The notes under the pieces were generated by a model, which was not told the DNA's origin, did no database searches, and worked only from the letters and a program-made list of their open reading frames with translations. The position numbers and the translations under genes were made by a program. From an uncultured delta proteobacterium (GTDB lineage Bacteria > Myxococcota_A > Polyangia > Polyangiales > Houyiibacteriaceae), in contig CAVOVB010000004.1 in the NCBI GenBank assembly GCA_963699755.1, forward strand, positions 157,303 through 221,302: a stretch of DNA of 64,000 bases, given 5' to 3'. The first letter of the stretch is position 1. Each line of letters begins with the position of its first letter. Shown here one piece after another: positions 44,966 to 55,108 of the stretch.

Positions 44966-46486
44966 CGTCGGCAGCCTAGCAGCGCCCTCGTGCTGCTCCT
45001 AGCGATCGGCGTCGGCTGCAACCAGCCGGCCCAGCGAGACCAGGACGCCCTGGTCGTGATGCTCCCGCGAGACGCCGAGCAACTCGACCCCCGTTTCGTT
45101 GGCGACCCGTACGGTCTCCGGGTCTCGAGGCTGATTTTTGCTTCTTTGCTGACGATCGATCCGCGAACGCTCGAAGTGATCCCCGACCTCGCGGAGTCGG
45201 TGAGGGTGCTGAGCCCCACCCGATTCGAAGTGCGACTCCGCGAGGGGCTGCGCTTCAGCGACGGCAGCCCACTCGACGCCGAGGACGTCTTGGCCACCTT
45301 CCAAGGCGTCGTCGACCCCAGGCTTCAAAGCCGCTACGCCCGGAGCTACCGGAGGATCGCGGAGATGCGCGTGCCGGACCCGCGGACGATCGTGTTCGTC
45401 CTCGATGAGCCGAACGCCACCTTTCTCACGGACCTCGAGCTCCCCATCGTGCGAAGCGAAGATGCATTTCGACGCATCGCTACGCCTGCGGACCCGACGC
45501 CGATTGGCGCCGGCCCCTACCGCCTCGTCAAACGCGATCCAGGGGTTCTCGAGCTGCGCGCAAACCCCCACTGGCATCGCGGAACGCCCAAATACCCGAG
45601 CCTACGAATGGTGGTGATCCGCGACGACAACACGCGCGCGCTGAGAATGCTGGGCGGACAGGGCGACCTTGCCATCGCGTCGATTCCGCCTCTATTGCTT
45701 CCGATGTTCGAGGATGATCAGCGTTTCGAGACACGCAGCGCCCCCGGGATATCCACGCTCTACCTTGGCTTCCAAACCAGCTCGTCCAAGCTCGATGACG
45801 TTCGGGTGAGACGCGCCATTGGCTACGCGATCGACCGCGAGCTCCTGGTGAAGGCCAAGTACGACGGGCTCGCGCGGGTGACCGACAGCTGGATTCCAAT
45901 CGGACACTGGGCGGCGCTTGCTGCGGCCTCACGGCGCCCGTTCGATGCAGAGCTCGCCGGCCAGCTCCTAGACGAGGCTGGCTTCCCCGATCCGCCCGGC
46001 CCCGAGCCGCGCATGCGACTGGTGCTTCGAACCACCTCGGAGCGCTTTCGTCAATCGCTGGCTCGCGCGATAGCCGCAATGCTGCGCGAGGTTGGAATCG
46101 AGGTCGATGTCCAGCCCTCCGAAGCGGCGACGCTCATCTCGGACCTCAACCGCGGCCGTTTCGAGATGACACTGCTTCAGGTCCCTGAGGTGATCGAACC
46201 TCATGTGCTGAGTTGGTTCTTCGATTCGTCGCGAATCCCAGGCCCACAAGCCGAGGGTGCGAATCGTTGGCGCTACGCGAACGCCGAGCTCGATGGCCTC
46301 TTCGAGCTCGGGAGAACGACGATCGATCGCGACGAACGGCGCGCTGCCTACGAGCGGGTTCAGGGCATCCTGGCGCGCGACCTGCCCGTCTTGCCGCTGT
46401 GGCAACCGGACACCATTGCCGTCGTTCGTCGCGGCTCGAGCTTCGAGGTGCCGCGGGACGGGCGCTTTGGGACGCTGGCGTTCTGA
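44957..46486 (+). CDS. ABC substrate-binding protein, family 5 (peptide/nickel), lipoprotein
   Basis: Lipobox GVG-C; LDP, PDLAES, LREGLRFSDG, IGAGPY, VRRAIGYAIDR, LREVGIEV. Start uncertain. Confidence 0.88.
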   Translation: MQHRRQPSSALVLLLAIGVGCNQPAQRDQDALVVMLPRDAEQLDPRFVGDPYGLRVSRLIFASLLTIDPRTLEVIPDLAESVRVLSPTRFEVRLREGLRFSDGSPLDAEDVLATFQGVVDPRLQSRYARSYRRIAEMRVPDPRTIVFVLDEPNATFLTDLELPIVRSEDAFRRIATPADPTPIGAGPYRLVKRDPGVLELRANPHWHRGTPKYPSLRMVVIRDDNTRALRMLGGQGDLAIASIPPLLLPMFEDDQRFETRSAPGISTLYLGFQTSSSKLDDVRVRRAIGYAIDRELLVKAKYDGLARVTDSWIPIGHWAALAAASRRPFDAELAGQLLDEAGFPDPPGPEPRMRLVLRTTSERFRQSLARAIAAMLREVGIEVDVQPSEAATLISDLNRGRFEMTLLQVPEVIEPHVLSWFFDSSRIPGPQAEGANRWRYANAELDGLFELGRTTIDRDERRAAYERVQGILARDLPVLPLWQPDTIAVVRRGSSFEVPRDGRFGTLAF

Positions 46487-46508
46487 ACGCGCAGTGATAC
46501 CGTGAAGC

Positions 46509-47807
46509 GTGATCCTCAGGGACCCCATCCATGGTCTGGTTGCCTTCGAAGGCATGGCAGAGCGGGTCATTCGCTCTTTGCTCGACACGCGCGAAGTGCA
46601 GCGCCTTCGTCGCGTGCGGCAACTCGGGCTAGCCCCACTCGTCTTCCCGGGGGCCGAGCACACACGTTTTTCGCACGCCGTGGGTACGGCTCACGTCATG
46701 CAGTCGCTTCTGGATCGAATCGACGCTTGCAGTCAGGATCTCCCCGTCGAGCAGCGACTCGACGACGAGGCTAGGGCGGAAGCGCTTGCGGCAGCGCTTC
46801 TGCACGACTTGGGGCACGGGCCGTTCTCACATCTTTTCGAAGAAGTGCTGCCGCATGCCAAGCATCACGAGCTTTGGACTCAGGAGATGCTGCTCGACCC
46901 TTCCACCGAAGTGCACCAGACCATGGAGTCGATCTCGGCTGGCATGGCGGAACGGGTCGCCGGGCTACTGAGCGGCAACTATCGGCTCGGCTACCTGAGT
47001 CAGAGCGTGAGCGGAACGCTGGACGTGGACCGCGCCGACTATCTCCTCCGCGACAGCCACATGACGGGCGTCCGCTACGGGCTCTACGACCTCGACTGGT
47101 TACTTCAGGCCCTGACCTTTGCCTGTGTCGACGGCCGATGGGTTCTCGCCATCGAGGGTCGCAAGGGATTGCCACCTGCAGAGAGTTTCTTCCTCGGGCG
47201 GCACTTCATGTACCAGCAGGTCTATCACCACAAAGCCACGCGAGCCGCGGAGGCATTGGTGCGCGCCATCTTCATGCGGGTCAGCGAGCTCATTTCCGAT
47301 GGCCCGCCTCCCGACCCCTTGCTACCCGCGTTTCGAGCCGCCGCTCTCGGCGAATCGCTTTCTCTGAGCGAGTACCTCCGAATGGATGACGCGGAGCTGC
47401 TCAGCTGCCTCGGAGCATGGGAGCGCGGTGCGGACTCGACCCTGGCCGAGCTGAGCAAGCGGCTCCGATCGCGCGATCTGCCAAAGACGGTGCCGCTCCC
47501 ACAGAGCCGCCCCGAGCAATGGAAGGCAGCGCAGGCGCGCGCCGGTGCCATCGTCGCCGCAAAGGGCCTCCGCCCCGACCTCACGGTCTGGCTGGACATC
47601 GCCGACGACGTTCCATACTGCGAGCCGACCGACGGCAGCACCGATGGGATGTGGGTCACGCTTCGCCATCGGCCACTGCAGCGCCTGGGAGACGCATCGT
47701 TCCTCCTCGGCCAACTACGGAACAAGCGCATCGAGCATCCGCGTCTCATCTTTCCTGCCGAGTTCCGGGACGAGGTGCTAGCGGCGATCCATCCCATGCT
47801 CGACTGA
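46509..47807 (+). CDS. HD-domain dNTP triphosphohydrolase-like protein
   Basis: RDPIHG, QRLRRVRQLG, HTRFSH, LHDLGHGPFSH, DVDRADYLLRD, MYQQVY.H. Confidence 0.88.
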   Translation: MILRDPIHGLVAFEGMAERVIRSLLDTREVQRLRRVRQLGLAPLVFPGAEHTRFSHAVGTAHVMQSLLDRIDACSQDLPVEQRLDDEARAEALAAALLHDLGHGPFSHLFEEVLPHAKHHELWTQEMLLDPSTEVHQTMESISAGMAERVAGLLSGNYRLGYLSQSVSGTLDVDRADYLLRDSHMTGVRYGLYDLDWLLQALTFACVDGRWVLAIEGRKGLPPAESFFLGRHFMYQQVYHHKATRAAEALVRAIFMRVSELISDGPPPDPLLPAFRAAALGESLSLSEYLRMDDAELLSCLGAWERGADSTLAELSKRLRSRDLPKTVPLPQSRPEQWKAAQARAGAIVAAKGLRPDLTVWLDIADDVPYCEPTDGSTDGMWVTLRHRPLQRLGDASFLLGQLRNKRIEHPRLIFPAEFRDEVLAAIHPMLD

Positions 47808-47867
47808 GGCTCCGAGCGCAGAAGCGCGAATTGCGGTAAGGTCTAGGCTGACGGAACCGGTTGGGGG

Positions 47868-49223
47868 ATGGCCAGGATTCTAATCGCCGATGATCAGGAC
47901 AACGCGCGCAGCATGCTCTCCGAAATGTTGCAAGCGGAAGACTACGACGTAGACCAGGCGCCGAGCGGCGAGGCTGCTTGCACCATGGTTGCCGAGACGA
48001 ACTACGATCTCGTCATCACCGACCTCAGAATGGGAGAGGTCGATGGGCTCGAGGTCTTGCGACGCACCAGGGAAGCTTCCCCGCTCACACACGTCATCGT
48101 CATGACTGCGTTCGGCACCATCGAGGACGCGGTCGAAGCGATGCGCTTCGGAGCGCACGACTTCGTTCAGAAGCCTTTCGTCGTGGAGGAGCTTCTCACC
48201 AAGGTCGCCCGAGCCGCACGGACGCGGAAGCTCGCGGCCGAGGAGAGGGCGGTCGCTTCCGACTTCCGCGAGCGATACAACTTCGGCAACATCATCGGTC
48301 AGTCTGCGGAGATTCGCGACGTCCTCGGTCGCATCGTTCGCATCGCACCAACCGACGCCACCGTTCTCATCACGGGCGAAAGCGGCACGGGTAAGGAGCT
48401 CGTCGCACGTGCGATTCACGCCAACTCTCTGCGCGCCGAGCGGCCATTCGTATCGATCAACTGCGCAGCGCTGACGGAAACGCTTCTGGAGAGCGAGCTT
48501 TTCGGACACGTGCGCGGTGCGTTCACCGGAGCGGTGCAAACGCGCAAAGGCCTATTCGAAGAAGCCAACGGGGGCACGTTCTTCTTCGATGAGATCGCCG
48601 AGACGCCACCTTCGCTGCAGGCGAAGCTGCTGAGGGCGATTCAGGAAGGCGAAATCCGTCGACTCGGCGACAATAGCTCGATCAACGTGGACGCGCGCAT
48701 CATCGCGGCGACGAACCAAAACCTGAGAAACCTGATCGAGGAAAAGCGCTTTCGGGAAGACCTCTACTACCGCCTCAACGTCGCGCGTTTCGAGTTGCCT
48801 GCGCTCCGCGAGCGCAAAGAGGATATCCCGCCAATCGTCGAGAGCTTCCTCGAGAAATACGGAAAGAAGATGGGGAGGCATGCGACTCTCGGGCCCGGCG
48901 TCATGGATCATCTGCTCGGCTATGATTTTCCCGGGAACATTCGAGAGCTGGAAAATCTAATCGAGCAGGGCGTAGCCCTCGCGCAAGATGGGCAGGTTCA
49001 TCTGTCGGACATTCTTCCGAACGCGAACAATAACGGGAAGACTCGCACTCCGAATCCAGCACGCCAATCGCTCGCCGATATCGTGCAGGACGTCGAGCGC
49101 GACGCCATCGTTCGCGCGCTCCGACACGTGGATGGCAACAAGGAACGCGCAGCCGAGCTTCTCGGGCTCAGCCCAACGACTCTCTGGCGCAAGATGAAGC
49201 GCCTGCGGCTCGAATGGCCCTGA
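47868..49223 (+). CDS. Sigma-54-dependent response regulator (NtrC family)
   Basis: [30 protein letters not shown], Fis-type HTH. Confidence 0.95.
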   Translation: MARILIADDQDNARSMLSEMLQAEDYDVDQAPSGEAACTMVAETNYDLVITDLRMGEVDGLEVLRRTREASPLTHVIVMTAFGTIEDAVEAMRFGAHDFVQKPFVVEELLTKVARAARTRKLAAEERAVASDFRERYNFGNIIGQSAEIRDVLGRIVRIAPTDATVLITGESGTGKELVARAIHANSLRAERPFVSINCAALTETLLESELFGHVRGAFTGAVQTRKGLFEEANGGTFFFDEIAETPPSLQAKLLRAIQEGEIRRLGDNSSINVDARIIAATNQNLRNLIEEKRFREDLYYRLNVARFELPALRERKEDIPPIVESFLEKYGKKMGRHATLGPGVMDHLLGYDFPGNIRELENLIEQGVALAQDGQVHLSDILPNANNNGKTRTPNPARQSLADIVQDVERDAIVRALRHVDGNKERAAELLGLSPTTLWRKMKRLRLEWP

Positions 49224-49224
49224 G

Positions 49225-49569
49225 CTACTGCGACTCCTGCTCGCGAGCGCTGTCGAGCCTTTCTGCCCGGTCGTGGGCGCCCCCAACGACGTCCCGGAAC
49301 TTGTCGGAGACCGATGCTGGAACCTGGCTCGTGCCCGCGTCCTCTTCCGGCGGTTTCGTGGCCTCGTGCACCTGGTCCCCGATCTTCTTGGTGATGCGCT
49401 CCGTCGCCACGCCCACCTCGCGGCCGAGCTCCTTCGCCTCCTCGGTGCCTGCAACCCGCATCAGATGCTGAAAAGGCGTGCGCTCACCGAGTTTCACGAA
49501 GAAGAGCACGTAGGCGACGAACGCTAGGACGGCCCCCGTCCACACCAGCCGCATCGCTCGACGAATCAT
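49225..49569 (-). CDS. Small membrane-anchored hypothetical protein
   Basis: ATGA overlap with the upstream regulator; N-terminal TM helix then FFVKLGERTPFQH. Confidence 0.6.
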   Translation of the reverse strand: MIRRAMRLVWTGAVLAFVAYVLFFVKLGERTPFQHLMRVAGTEEAKELGREVGVATERITKKIGDQVHEATKPPEEDAGTSQVPASVSDKFRDVVGGAHDRAERLDSAREQESQ

Positions 49570-50963
49570 GCTTCTTCCCTACGGATACCATAGCTCCGCA
49601 TCTTCTTGTGAAGGTTGGTGCGCTCCACCCCAAGAATTGTTGCGGCGCGAGAGATGTTCCAGCCCACCTCCTCGAGGGTTTGCAGGATGTAGTCCTTCTC
49701 GGCGCGGCTTCGATACTCCCTCAAGGTCAAGCGTTCGCCTGCCTCACCGAGAGTAGAGGGAATATCGGAGGGCGGGGACGACTCCCGCCGCCCCTCGCTC
49801 AGGACACCCTCCTCCGGCAGATCGTCGAGCGTGATTCGGTCTCCGCTGAGAATCGCCATTCGCTCGACGACGTTGCGGAGCTCCCGAACGTTCCCGGGCC
49901 AAGAGCGCTCGGTCAACGCTTCGAGCACATCCTCGTCGATCGGCTTCTCTCGAAGCCCATTCTCGATCGAGAACTCGCGAAGAAAGCCCTTCGCTAGAAG
50001 AGGAATGTCCGTCCTCCTCTCACGGAGGGGGGGGCTGACGATCGGAACGACATTGAGGCGAAAAAACAGGTCCTCGCGGAAGCGCCCGTCGCGAACTTCC
50101 ACCTCCAATTCCTTGTTGCTGGCAGCGATCACACGCACGTCGACTGCGATGGCCTTTTCACCGCCGACGCGAGAGATCTCGCCGCTTTGTAGTGCGCGTA
50201 AGACCTTGGCCTGTGCACTGGCGCTCATGTCGCCGATCTCATCGAGGAACAGGGTGCCGCCGTTCGCGAGCTCGAACATGCCCTTCTTTCGGCCTTGCGC
50301 TCCGGTGAACGCGCCGCGCTCGTAGCCGAACAGCTCGCTTTCGATGAGCTCCGCGGGGATGGCAGCGCAGTTCACCTTGATGAACGGCTTGTCGGCGCGT
50401 GGGCTCAGCCGATGGATCGCGCGCGCGATCAGCTCCTTGCCCGTACCGCTCTCCCCGGAAATCAAGACACGGCCGTTCGTCGGGGCGACCTTTTCGAGCT
50501 GCGCGAAGAGGGCGCGAATCGCGGGGCTCTCGCCGATCATCTCATAGCGATGCTCGACGTCAGCTCGTAGCTGCTCGACCTCGCGTTGCAGTTGCCAGGT
50601 CTTGAGCGCGTTGCGTACCGTGACGAGTACGCGGTCCCGGTCTAGCGGCTTCTCGAAGAAATCGGTTGCGCCGAGCTGGACCGCCTGCACGGCCTCGGCG
50701 AGTGAGGCATGGCCGGACACCATCAAGACCGGGAGCTTGCGAGTCTCGGGCTGGTTGCGAATCTGCTGGAGGGCTTCGATGCCACTCATCTTCGGAAGTC
50801 GAACGTCGAGGATGACGAGGTCGACTTCGCCCGTTTCGATGGTTTCGAGGCATTGCTCTGCCGACGAGGCCTCGAGTGTGTTGAACCCGGCGCCCTCGAG
50901 CACCATCCGTAGGGTGCGTCGAATATTCTTTTCATCATCGACGACGAGGATGGTGGCAACCAT
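49566..50963 (-). CDS. Sigma-54-dependent response regulator (NtrX-like)
   Basis: [36 protein letters not shown]. Confidence 0.94.
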   Translation of the reverse strand: MVATILVVDDEKNIRRTLRMVLEGAGFNTLEASSAEQCLETIETGEVDLVILDVRLPKMSGIEALQQIRNQPETRKLPVLMVSGHASLAEAVQAVQLGATDFFEKPLDRDRVLVTVRNALKTWQLQREVEQLRADVEHRYEMIGESPAIRALFAQLEKVAPTNGRVLISGESGTGKELIARAIHRLSPRADKPFIKVNCAAIPAELIESELFGYERGAFTGAQGRKKGMFELANGGTLFLDEIGDMSASAQAKVLRALQSGEISRVGGEKAIAVDVRVIAASNKELEVEVRDGRFREDLFFRLNVVPIVSPPLRERRTDIPLLAKGFLREFSIENGLREKPIDEDVLEALTERSWPGNVRELRNVVERMAILSGDRITLDDLPEEGVLSEGRRESSPPSDIPSTLGEAGERLTLREYRSRAEKDYILQTLEEVGWNISRAATILGVERTNLHKKMRSYGIRREEA

Positions 50964-50991
50964 TCAGCAACGGTTTATATCACGGTTGACG

Positions 50992-51819
50992 ATGGCCGAC
51001 CCAAAGAGTGAGCCCGACGCCGCCACGGAGCGCTTTCGAGCCGCGCTCGCTGCGAGCAATCCGCCCACGGGAGGACTGCCACTCGAAGGCCTCGTCGCCG
51101 AAGTGATGCCACTGTTGACGCTGTTGACCGAGCTTACCGTCGGGAAACGAGCGAGCGACGACTTCGAGTCCTTCGAGTTCCGCGAGTGCTTCACCATGTT
51201 GACACTCGTTGGCCGGCGCCTCGCTTTGCTCGACCTCACGCCGACCTCGGCACTTCGCATCACACGCCTCGCCCTGCGCGCCGTGGACCCCTCAGAGGTG
51301 GACCGGGTCGAAGGGTTTGCCCAACACGCGGTCGCGGCTGCAGTCGAGGGATTCGTGCTCGGGCGCGAAGAGAGGGTCACTCAGATCGCGGACGAGCGGG
51401 CCGCGGCTTCTTTGAAGCCCTTGAGGATCGACGAATTGAGCTTCGCGCTGATCATTTCCGGCGTTCATGAGCCTACGGTCCTGAGCGAATGCGTCGACGC
51501 GCTGGGACGTGCCATGCTCGACGCCGATCTCGAGCTGGCGATCGTCGACCTCAGCCAGCTTGGCGAACCGAACCGAGAACGCGCCACTGCGATGTTCGCG
51601 GCCGACGAAGTCGCCAAAATGCTGGGTGGCCGCTGCGTGTTCACCGGCGTGGACCGACGCTGGAGGGCGGCTGCGGCGGATGCGCGTGTTCCCCTGGACG
51701 CCTTTCAGATCTCGTCCGATTTGGCCGAAGCCCTGGCCGAAGCCCGGAATTTGGCCAGCCGGGCCGCGAAGAAGCGCAATTCGAGCTGGCGGGCGCTGCT
51801 GGACCGGCTCCGCCGCTGA
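50992..51819 (+). CDS. Hypothetical protein with a degenerate STAS-like C-terminal domain
   Basis: Helical N-terminus, then PLRID...AIVDLSQL...KMLGGRCVFTGV...LAEAL, resembling RsbR-type STAS. Confidence 0.55.
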   Translation: MADPKSEPDAATERFRAALAASNPPTGGLPLEGLVAEVMPLLTLLTELTVGKRASDDFESFEFRECFTMLTLVGRRLALLDLTPTSALRITRLALRAVDPSEVDRVEGFAQHAVAAAVEGFVLGREERVTQIADERAAASLKPLRIDELSFALIISGVHEPTVLSECVDALGRAMLDADLELAIVDLSQLGEPNRERATAMFAADEVAKMLGGRCVFTGVDRRWRAAAADARVPLDAFQISSDLAEALAEARNLASRAAKKRNSSWRALLDRLRR

Positions 51820-51913
51820 GGGCCCATCCGCCGGACGATCGCCCCGGCGCAAGTGAAGGACAATGCAGGGCTTCTCGGCGATCGCGACTAGTCAGAATTG
51901 CAGCCGACGTTCA

Positions 51914-51943
51914 TTGACCGAGGCGCTCGCGCTGCGGTATAAG
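51914..51943 (+). promoter_or_regulatory. Putative sigma-70 promoter of the glt-like operon
   Basis: TTGACC (51914-19)-N18-TATAAG (51938-43); GAGGGG ribosome-binding site before ATG 52005. Confidence 0.45.
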
Positions 51944-52004
51944 CTCTCGGACCGCCGCAGGGGCAATTTCGCTTCAGATGGTAGTCACTTAGAGGGGAAT
52001 TGCG

Positions 52005-52715
52005 ATGCGCAGGACAGTTGCGCTCTCAGTTATAGGGGCGTGCATTTGGTTGGGGGGCGCCATCGCGGCGGCACAGCCCGAGAAGGCACTGCCGTTGGCC
52101 AGCGATAGCGAAGTTTCCACCGCCGCCGAGGAGGCCATCCCAAACGCCCCCAGCAAGCCAATCGACGCAGGCACCTACGCAGTGCGCCTTCGGGATCTCG
52201 AGCAGCGAATCAACGAGCTGAAGGAACAGATTTTTCGCTCGAAAGCTAGGCTCTCGTTGCTCGCTGAGACGGTGCTCGAGGGAGTCGTCGGCGGCGGCCA
52301 ATCGGTCATCGTGCATGAGAACCGTATGTCTCAGTCGTACAAGCTGGTCAGGGTGGTCTACGCGCTCGATGGCGCGCCGATCTTCACCAAGGCCGACGAA
52401 GAGGGAACGCTCGGCGATCAAAAAGAGTTCGAGGTTTACAACGGAAGCATCGTTCCCGGTGAGCACACGCTCACCGTCAACCTCGAGTACCGAGGACACG
52501 GCTACGGGGTCTTTGCCTACTTGAAGGGGTATCGCTTCAAGGTGCGCTCCACTTACACCTTTACCGTGCCCGAAGGCCGCGTCTCGACGGTCCACGTGGT
52601 GGGCTTCGAAAAGGGTGGTCCGACCACGCCGCTCGAAGAGCGACCGGCGGTCCGTTACATCGAGCGGGTCGAGCGTCAGATTCGACCCGACGCGAGCGGT
52701 GAGGGCGATCGGTAA
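52005..52715 (+). CDS. Secreted protein (coiled coil + beta-sandwich), first gene of the glt-like cluster
   Basis: Signal peptide; LRDLEQRINELKEQIFRSKARL coiled coil; beta-rich C-terminal domain. TAATG coupling to the next gene. Confidence 0.75.
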   Translation: MRRTVALSVIGACIWLGGAIAAAQPEKALPLASDSEVSTAAEEAIPNAPSKPIDAGTYAVRLRDLEQRINELKEQIFRSKARLSLLAETVLEGVVGGGQSVIVHENRMSQSYKLVRVVYALDGAPIFTKADEEGTLGDQKEFEVYNGSIVPGEHTLTVNLEYRGHGYGVFAYLKGYRFKVRSTYTFTVPEGRVSTVHVVGFEKGGPTTPLEERPAVRYIERVERQIRPDASGEGDR

Positions 52716-55108
52716 TGCGACCTGGCGGCGCGACGGTATCGCCGCCCTCACCGACACTAGGCAGGGGGCGCGCGCGAAGAACTTGGCCGGGTTTGTTCCT
52801 GGCCATCGGCCTCATCGCATCCGCTGCGCCTCATGCCGTAGCGCAGGATCTCGCCGCCGCGAACCGCGAGCTCTTCGAGCTCGAAGCGGAAGCGCAGCGA
52901 TTGCTCGCCGATCGCATCCCGCCCGACGATCGGAAGAGTGAAACGTTCGTAGAGGAACGCCTCACAGACGGCGAGCTCTACCTCAGGCTCGAAGACTACC
53001 TCCGCGCCGCCATTCTTCTGACCGACGTCGTCGAGCACTACCCAAGCCATCGTGCATATCCGGAAGCACTGTTTCTCCTCGGCGAGTCCCTGTTCCTTGC
53101 CGACGACTACTTGGGCGCGCAGCGCCGCTACGTTGAGGTGATCGATCGCAGCACAGAGCCAACGTTCTCCCCGTACCTGCAGCCGTCGCTGAGCCGCCTG
53201 ATCCAGATTGCAATCCGCACTCGCGATTTTCGCGAGGTCGACCGCTACTTCTCGCGCCTCGAGGCTCTGTCGTCCTCGACGCTCTCAGTCAGCACCGCCT
53301 ACTTCCGAGCGAAGTACTTGTACAACCGGGCCGTACCCGTCGACGACTTGCTCAACGCACCGACCAACGCCGCGATCCGAGTCGTCGACCAAGACCGCCT
53401 CGAGCAGGCCCGCAGAGGCTTCATCGCGATTCCGAGTGGCACGGAATTCTCACTGCGCTCCAAGTATTTCGTCGGCACCATTGACACCCTCCGTGGAGAG
53501 TACCTCGACGCCATTGCCGCGTTCTACGTCGTCCTTGGCCAGGAGCCAGCCAACGACAAGGAGCGTGAGGTCGTCGAGTTGACCTATCTTGCCCTCGGGC
53601 GGCTCTACTACGAAACCGAGCAACTGGAGCAGGCCGTCGAGGCCTATCGGGCGATCGAGCAGACCTCCACTCTATTTGATGAAGCGCTCTTCGAGCTCGC
53701 CTGGACGTACATACGCATGGGCGACGCTGTTCAAGCGGAGCGCGCGCTCGAAGTCCTCTCGGTCGCCGCGCCGGACAGCCCGCTCAATGCGGATGGCAAG
53801 GTGTTGCGCGGCGACCTCCTGGCGCGTGCCGGCCGTTACGACGAAGCGGAGGTCGTCTTCGACGAGGTGCGCTCGACCTTCGGTCCCATTCGTGACGCGC
53901 TGGCGGCCAAGCAACTCGCGCACCCTGATCTTCAAGAGTACTTCCGAAGAGTTGTCCGTGAAAACCTCGACGATTTCGATATCGATGACTTCCTTCCCGA
54001 GGCGGCACGGCGCTGGATCGACCTGGAAGGAGACTATGAGCGAGCGCTCGAAGCGCTTGCCGACCTCAGCGAAGCCAAGCAGCTCGTCCGAGAGACGGAG
54101 GAGGTCGCAGAGCGGATCACGGCAGTTCTGAGCGCACCCAACCACGTTAGCGTGTTCGCCGACCTTCGCCGAAAGCGAGAAAGGACGACAGGCCTTCGGA
54201 ACCGAGCGGCACGGGCCCGCGGCACGATCATCGATTCGGAGGCGCGCGCCCGAGGCAGTCGCCCGGGTGAAGTCGAGCGTCTTCGCGCGCGGCGCCAGGA
54301 GGCCCAGGCGAAGCTGCTGAAGATGCCGGCCGAGACGGAGGATTTCGTCGACCGCGACATGGAAGCACTCGAAGAGTTCAGGGCTGCTGAACGCGATCTA
54401 CAGGCGCTCCGGGTCGAAATTTTGGGCCTCGAGGCCCGAATCGTCGCCTCCAGGGCAAGCCTACCAGCAGTCGATCCTCAGAAGGTCGATCCCGGAGCGA
54501 TCGAGGCGCAGCTCGCCGAGCGCGAAGCGGAAATCAAGGACTACGAGGAACAGCTGATTTGGATTCGGCGTCGCCTGGAAGTCGGCCGGCTCCAGGTGGG
54601 AGTGGGCGACCGGCGATATCAGGCCGATGACGCCGAGCGAAAAGAGTTCATCGGGCTGGTCGAACGCGAGCGCCAGCTTGCAGGGTCTGCTGGCCGCGAA
54701 TACGACGCTGCGTTCGGTCGCGTGGCCGCTGTCGAGCACCAACTCGATCAGCGTGACGCCGAAATCGCAGAGGTGGTACGGCGACGCGTCTCTCGGATGC
54801 TATCGACGGTCGACCAAGAAACCGCGAACCTGCGTCGCTACCGGGCGGCACTCGGCTCGCTCGAAAGCGAGACCGAGGACGTGGTCGGCGCGATCAGTTA
54901 TCTCAACTTCAACCGCATCCACGACCGCTTCTATGATCTGGTGTTGCGCGCGGACGTTGGCAAGATCGACGTTTCCTGGGCGCGGCGCGAAGACCACCGG
55001 GTCCGCATCGACACCCTGACCCGTGAGCGGGCACGCGAGCTTCAATCCCTGGACGACGAGTTCCGCGACGTCATGGATCAACAACAAGGCGGCGAGGGCG
55101 CGCCATGA
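52715..55108 (+). CDS. Secreted TPR/coiled-coil protein, GltC-like
   Basis: TPR helices (EALFLLGESLF, YLALGRLYYE, EALFELAWTY), long coiled coil, ADVG.IDV.W C-terminal motif. Confidence 0.7.
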   Translation: MRPGGATVSPPSPTLGRGRARRTWPGLFLAIGLIASAAPHAVAQDLAAANRELFELEAEAQRLLADRIPPDDRKSETFVEERLTDGELYLRLEDYLRAAILLTDVVEHYPSHRAYPEALFLLGESLFLADDYLGAQRRYVEVIDRSTEPTFSPYLQPSLSRLIQIAIRTRDFREVDRYFSRLEALSSSTLSVSTAYFRAKYLYNRAVPVDDLLNAPTNAAIRVVDQDRLEQARRGFIAIPSGTEFSLRSKYFVGTIDTLRGEYLDAIAAFYVVLGQEPANDKEREVVELTYLALGRLYYETEQLEQAVEAYRAIEQTSTLFDEALFELAWTYIRMGDAVQAERALEVLSVAAPDSPLNADGKVLRGDLLARAGRYDEAEVVFDEVRSTFGPIRDALAAKQLAHPDLQEYFRRVVRENLDDFDIDDFLPEAARRWIDLEGDYERALEALADLSEAKQLVRETEEVAERITAVLSAPNHVSVFADLRRKRERTTGLRNRAARARGTIIDSEARARGSRPGEVERLRARRQEAQAKLLKMPAETEDFVDRDMEALEEFRAAERDLQALRVEILGLEARIVASRASLPAVDPQKVDPGAIEAQLAEREAEIKDYEEQLIWIRRRLEVGRLQVGVGDRRYQADDAERKEFIGLVERERQLAGSAGREYDAAFGRVAAVEHQLDQRDAEIAEVVRRRVSRMLSTVDQETANLRRYRAALGSLESETEDVVGAISYLNFNRIHDRFYDLVLRADVGKIDVSWARREDHRVRIDTLTRERARELQSLDDEFRDVMDQQQGGEGAP

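Noticed and set aside
46509..47807. HD dNTPase as nucleotide-depletion phage defence
   Set aside because: Resembles the widespread housekeeping family and sits among core genes.
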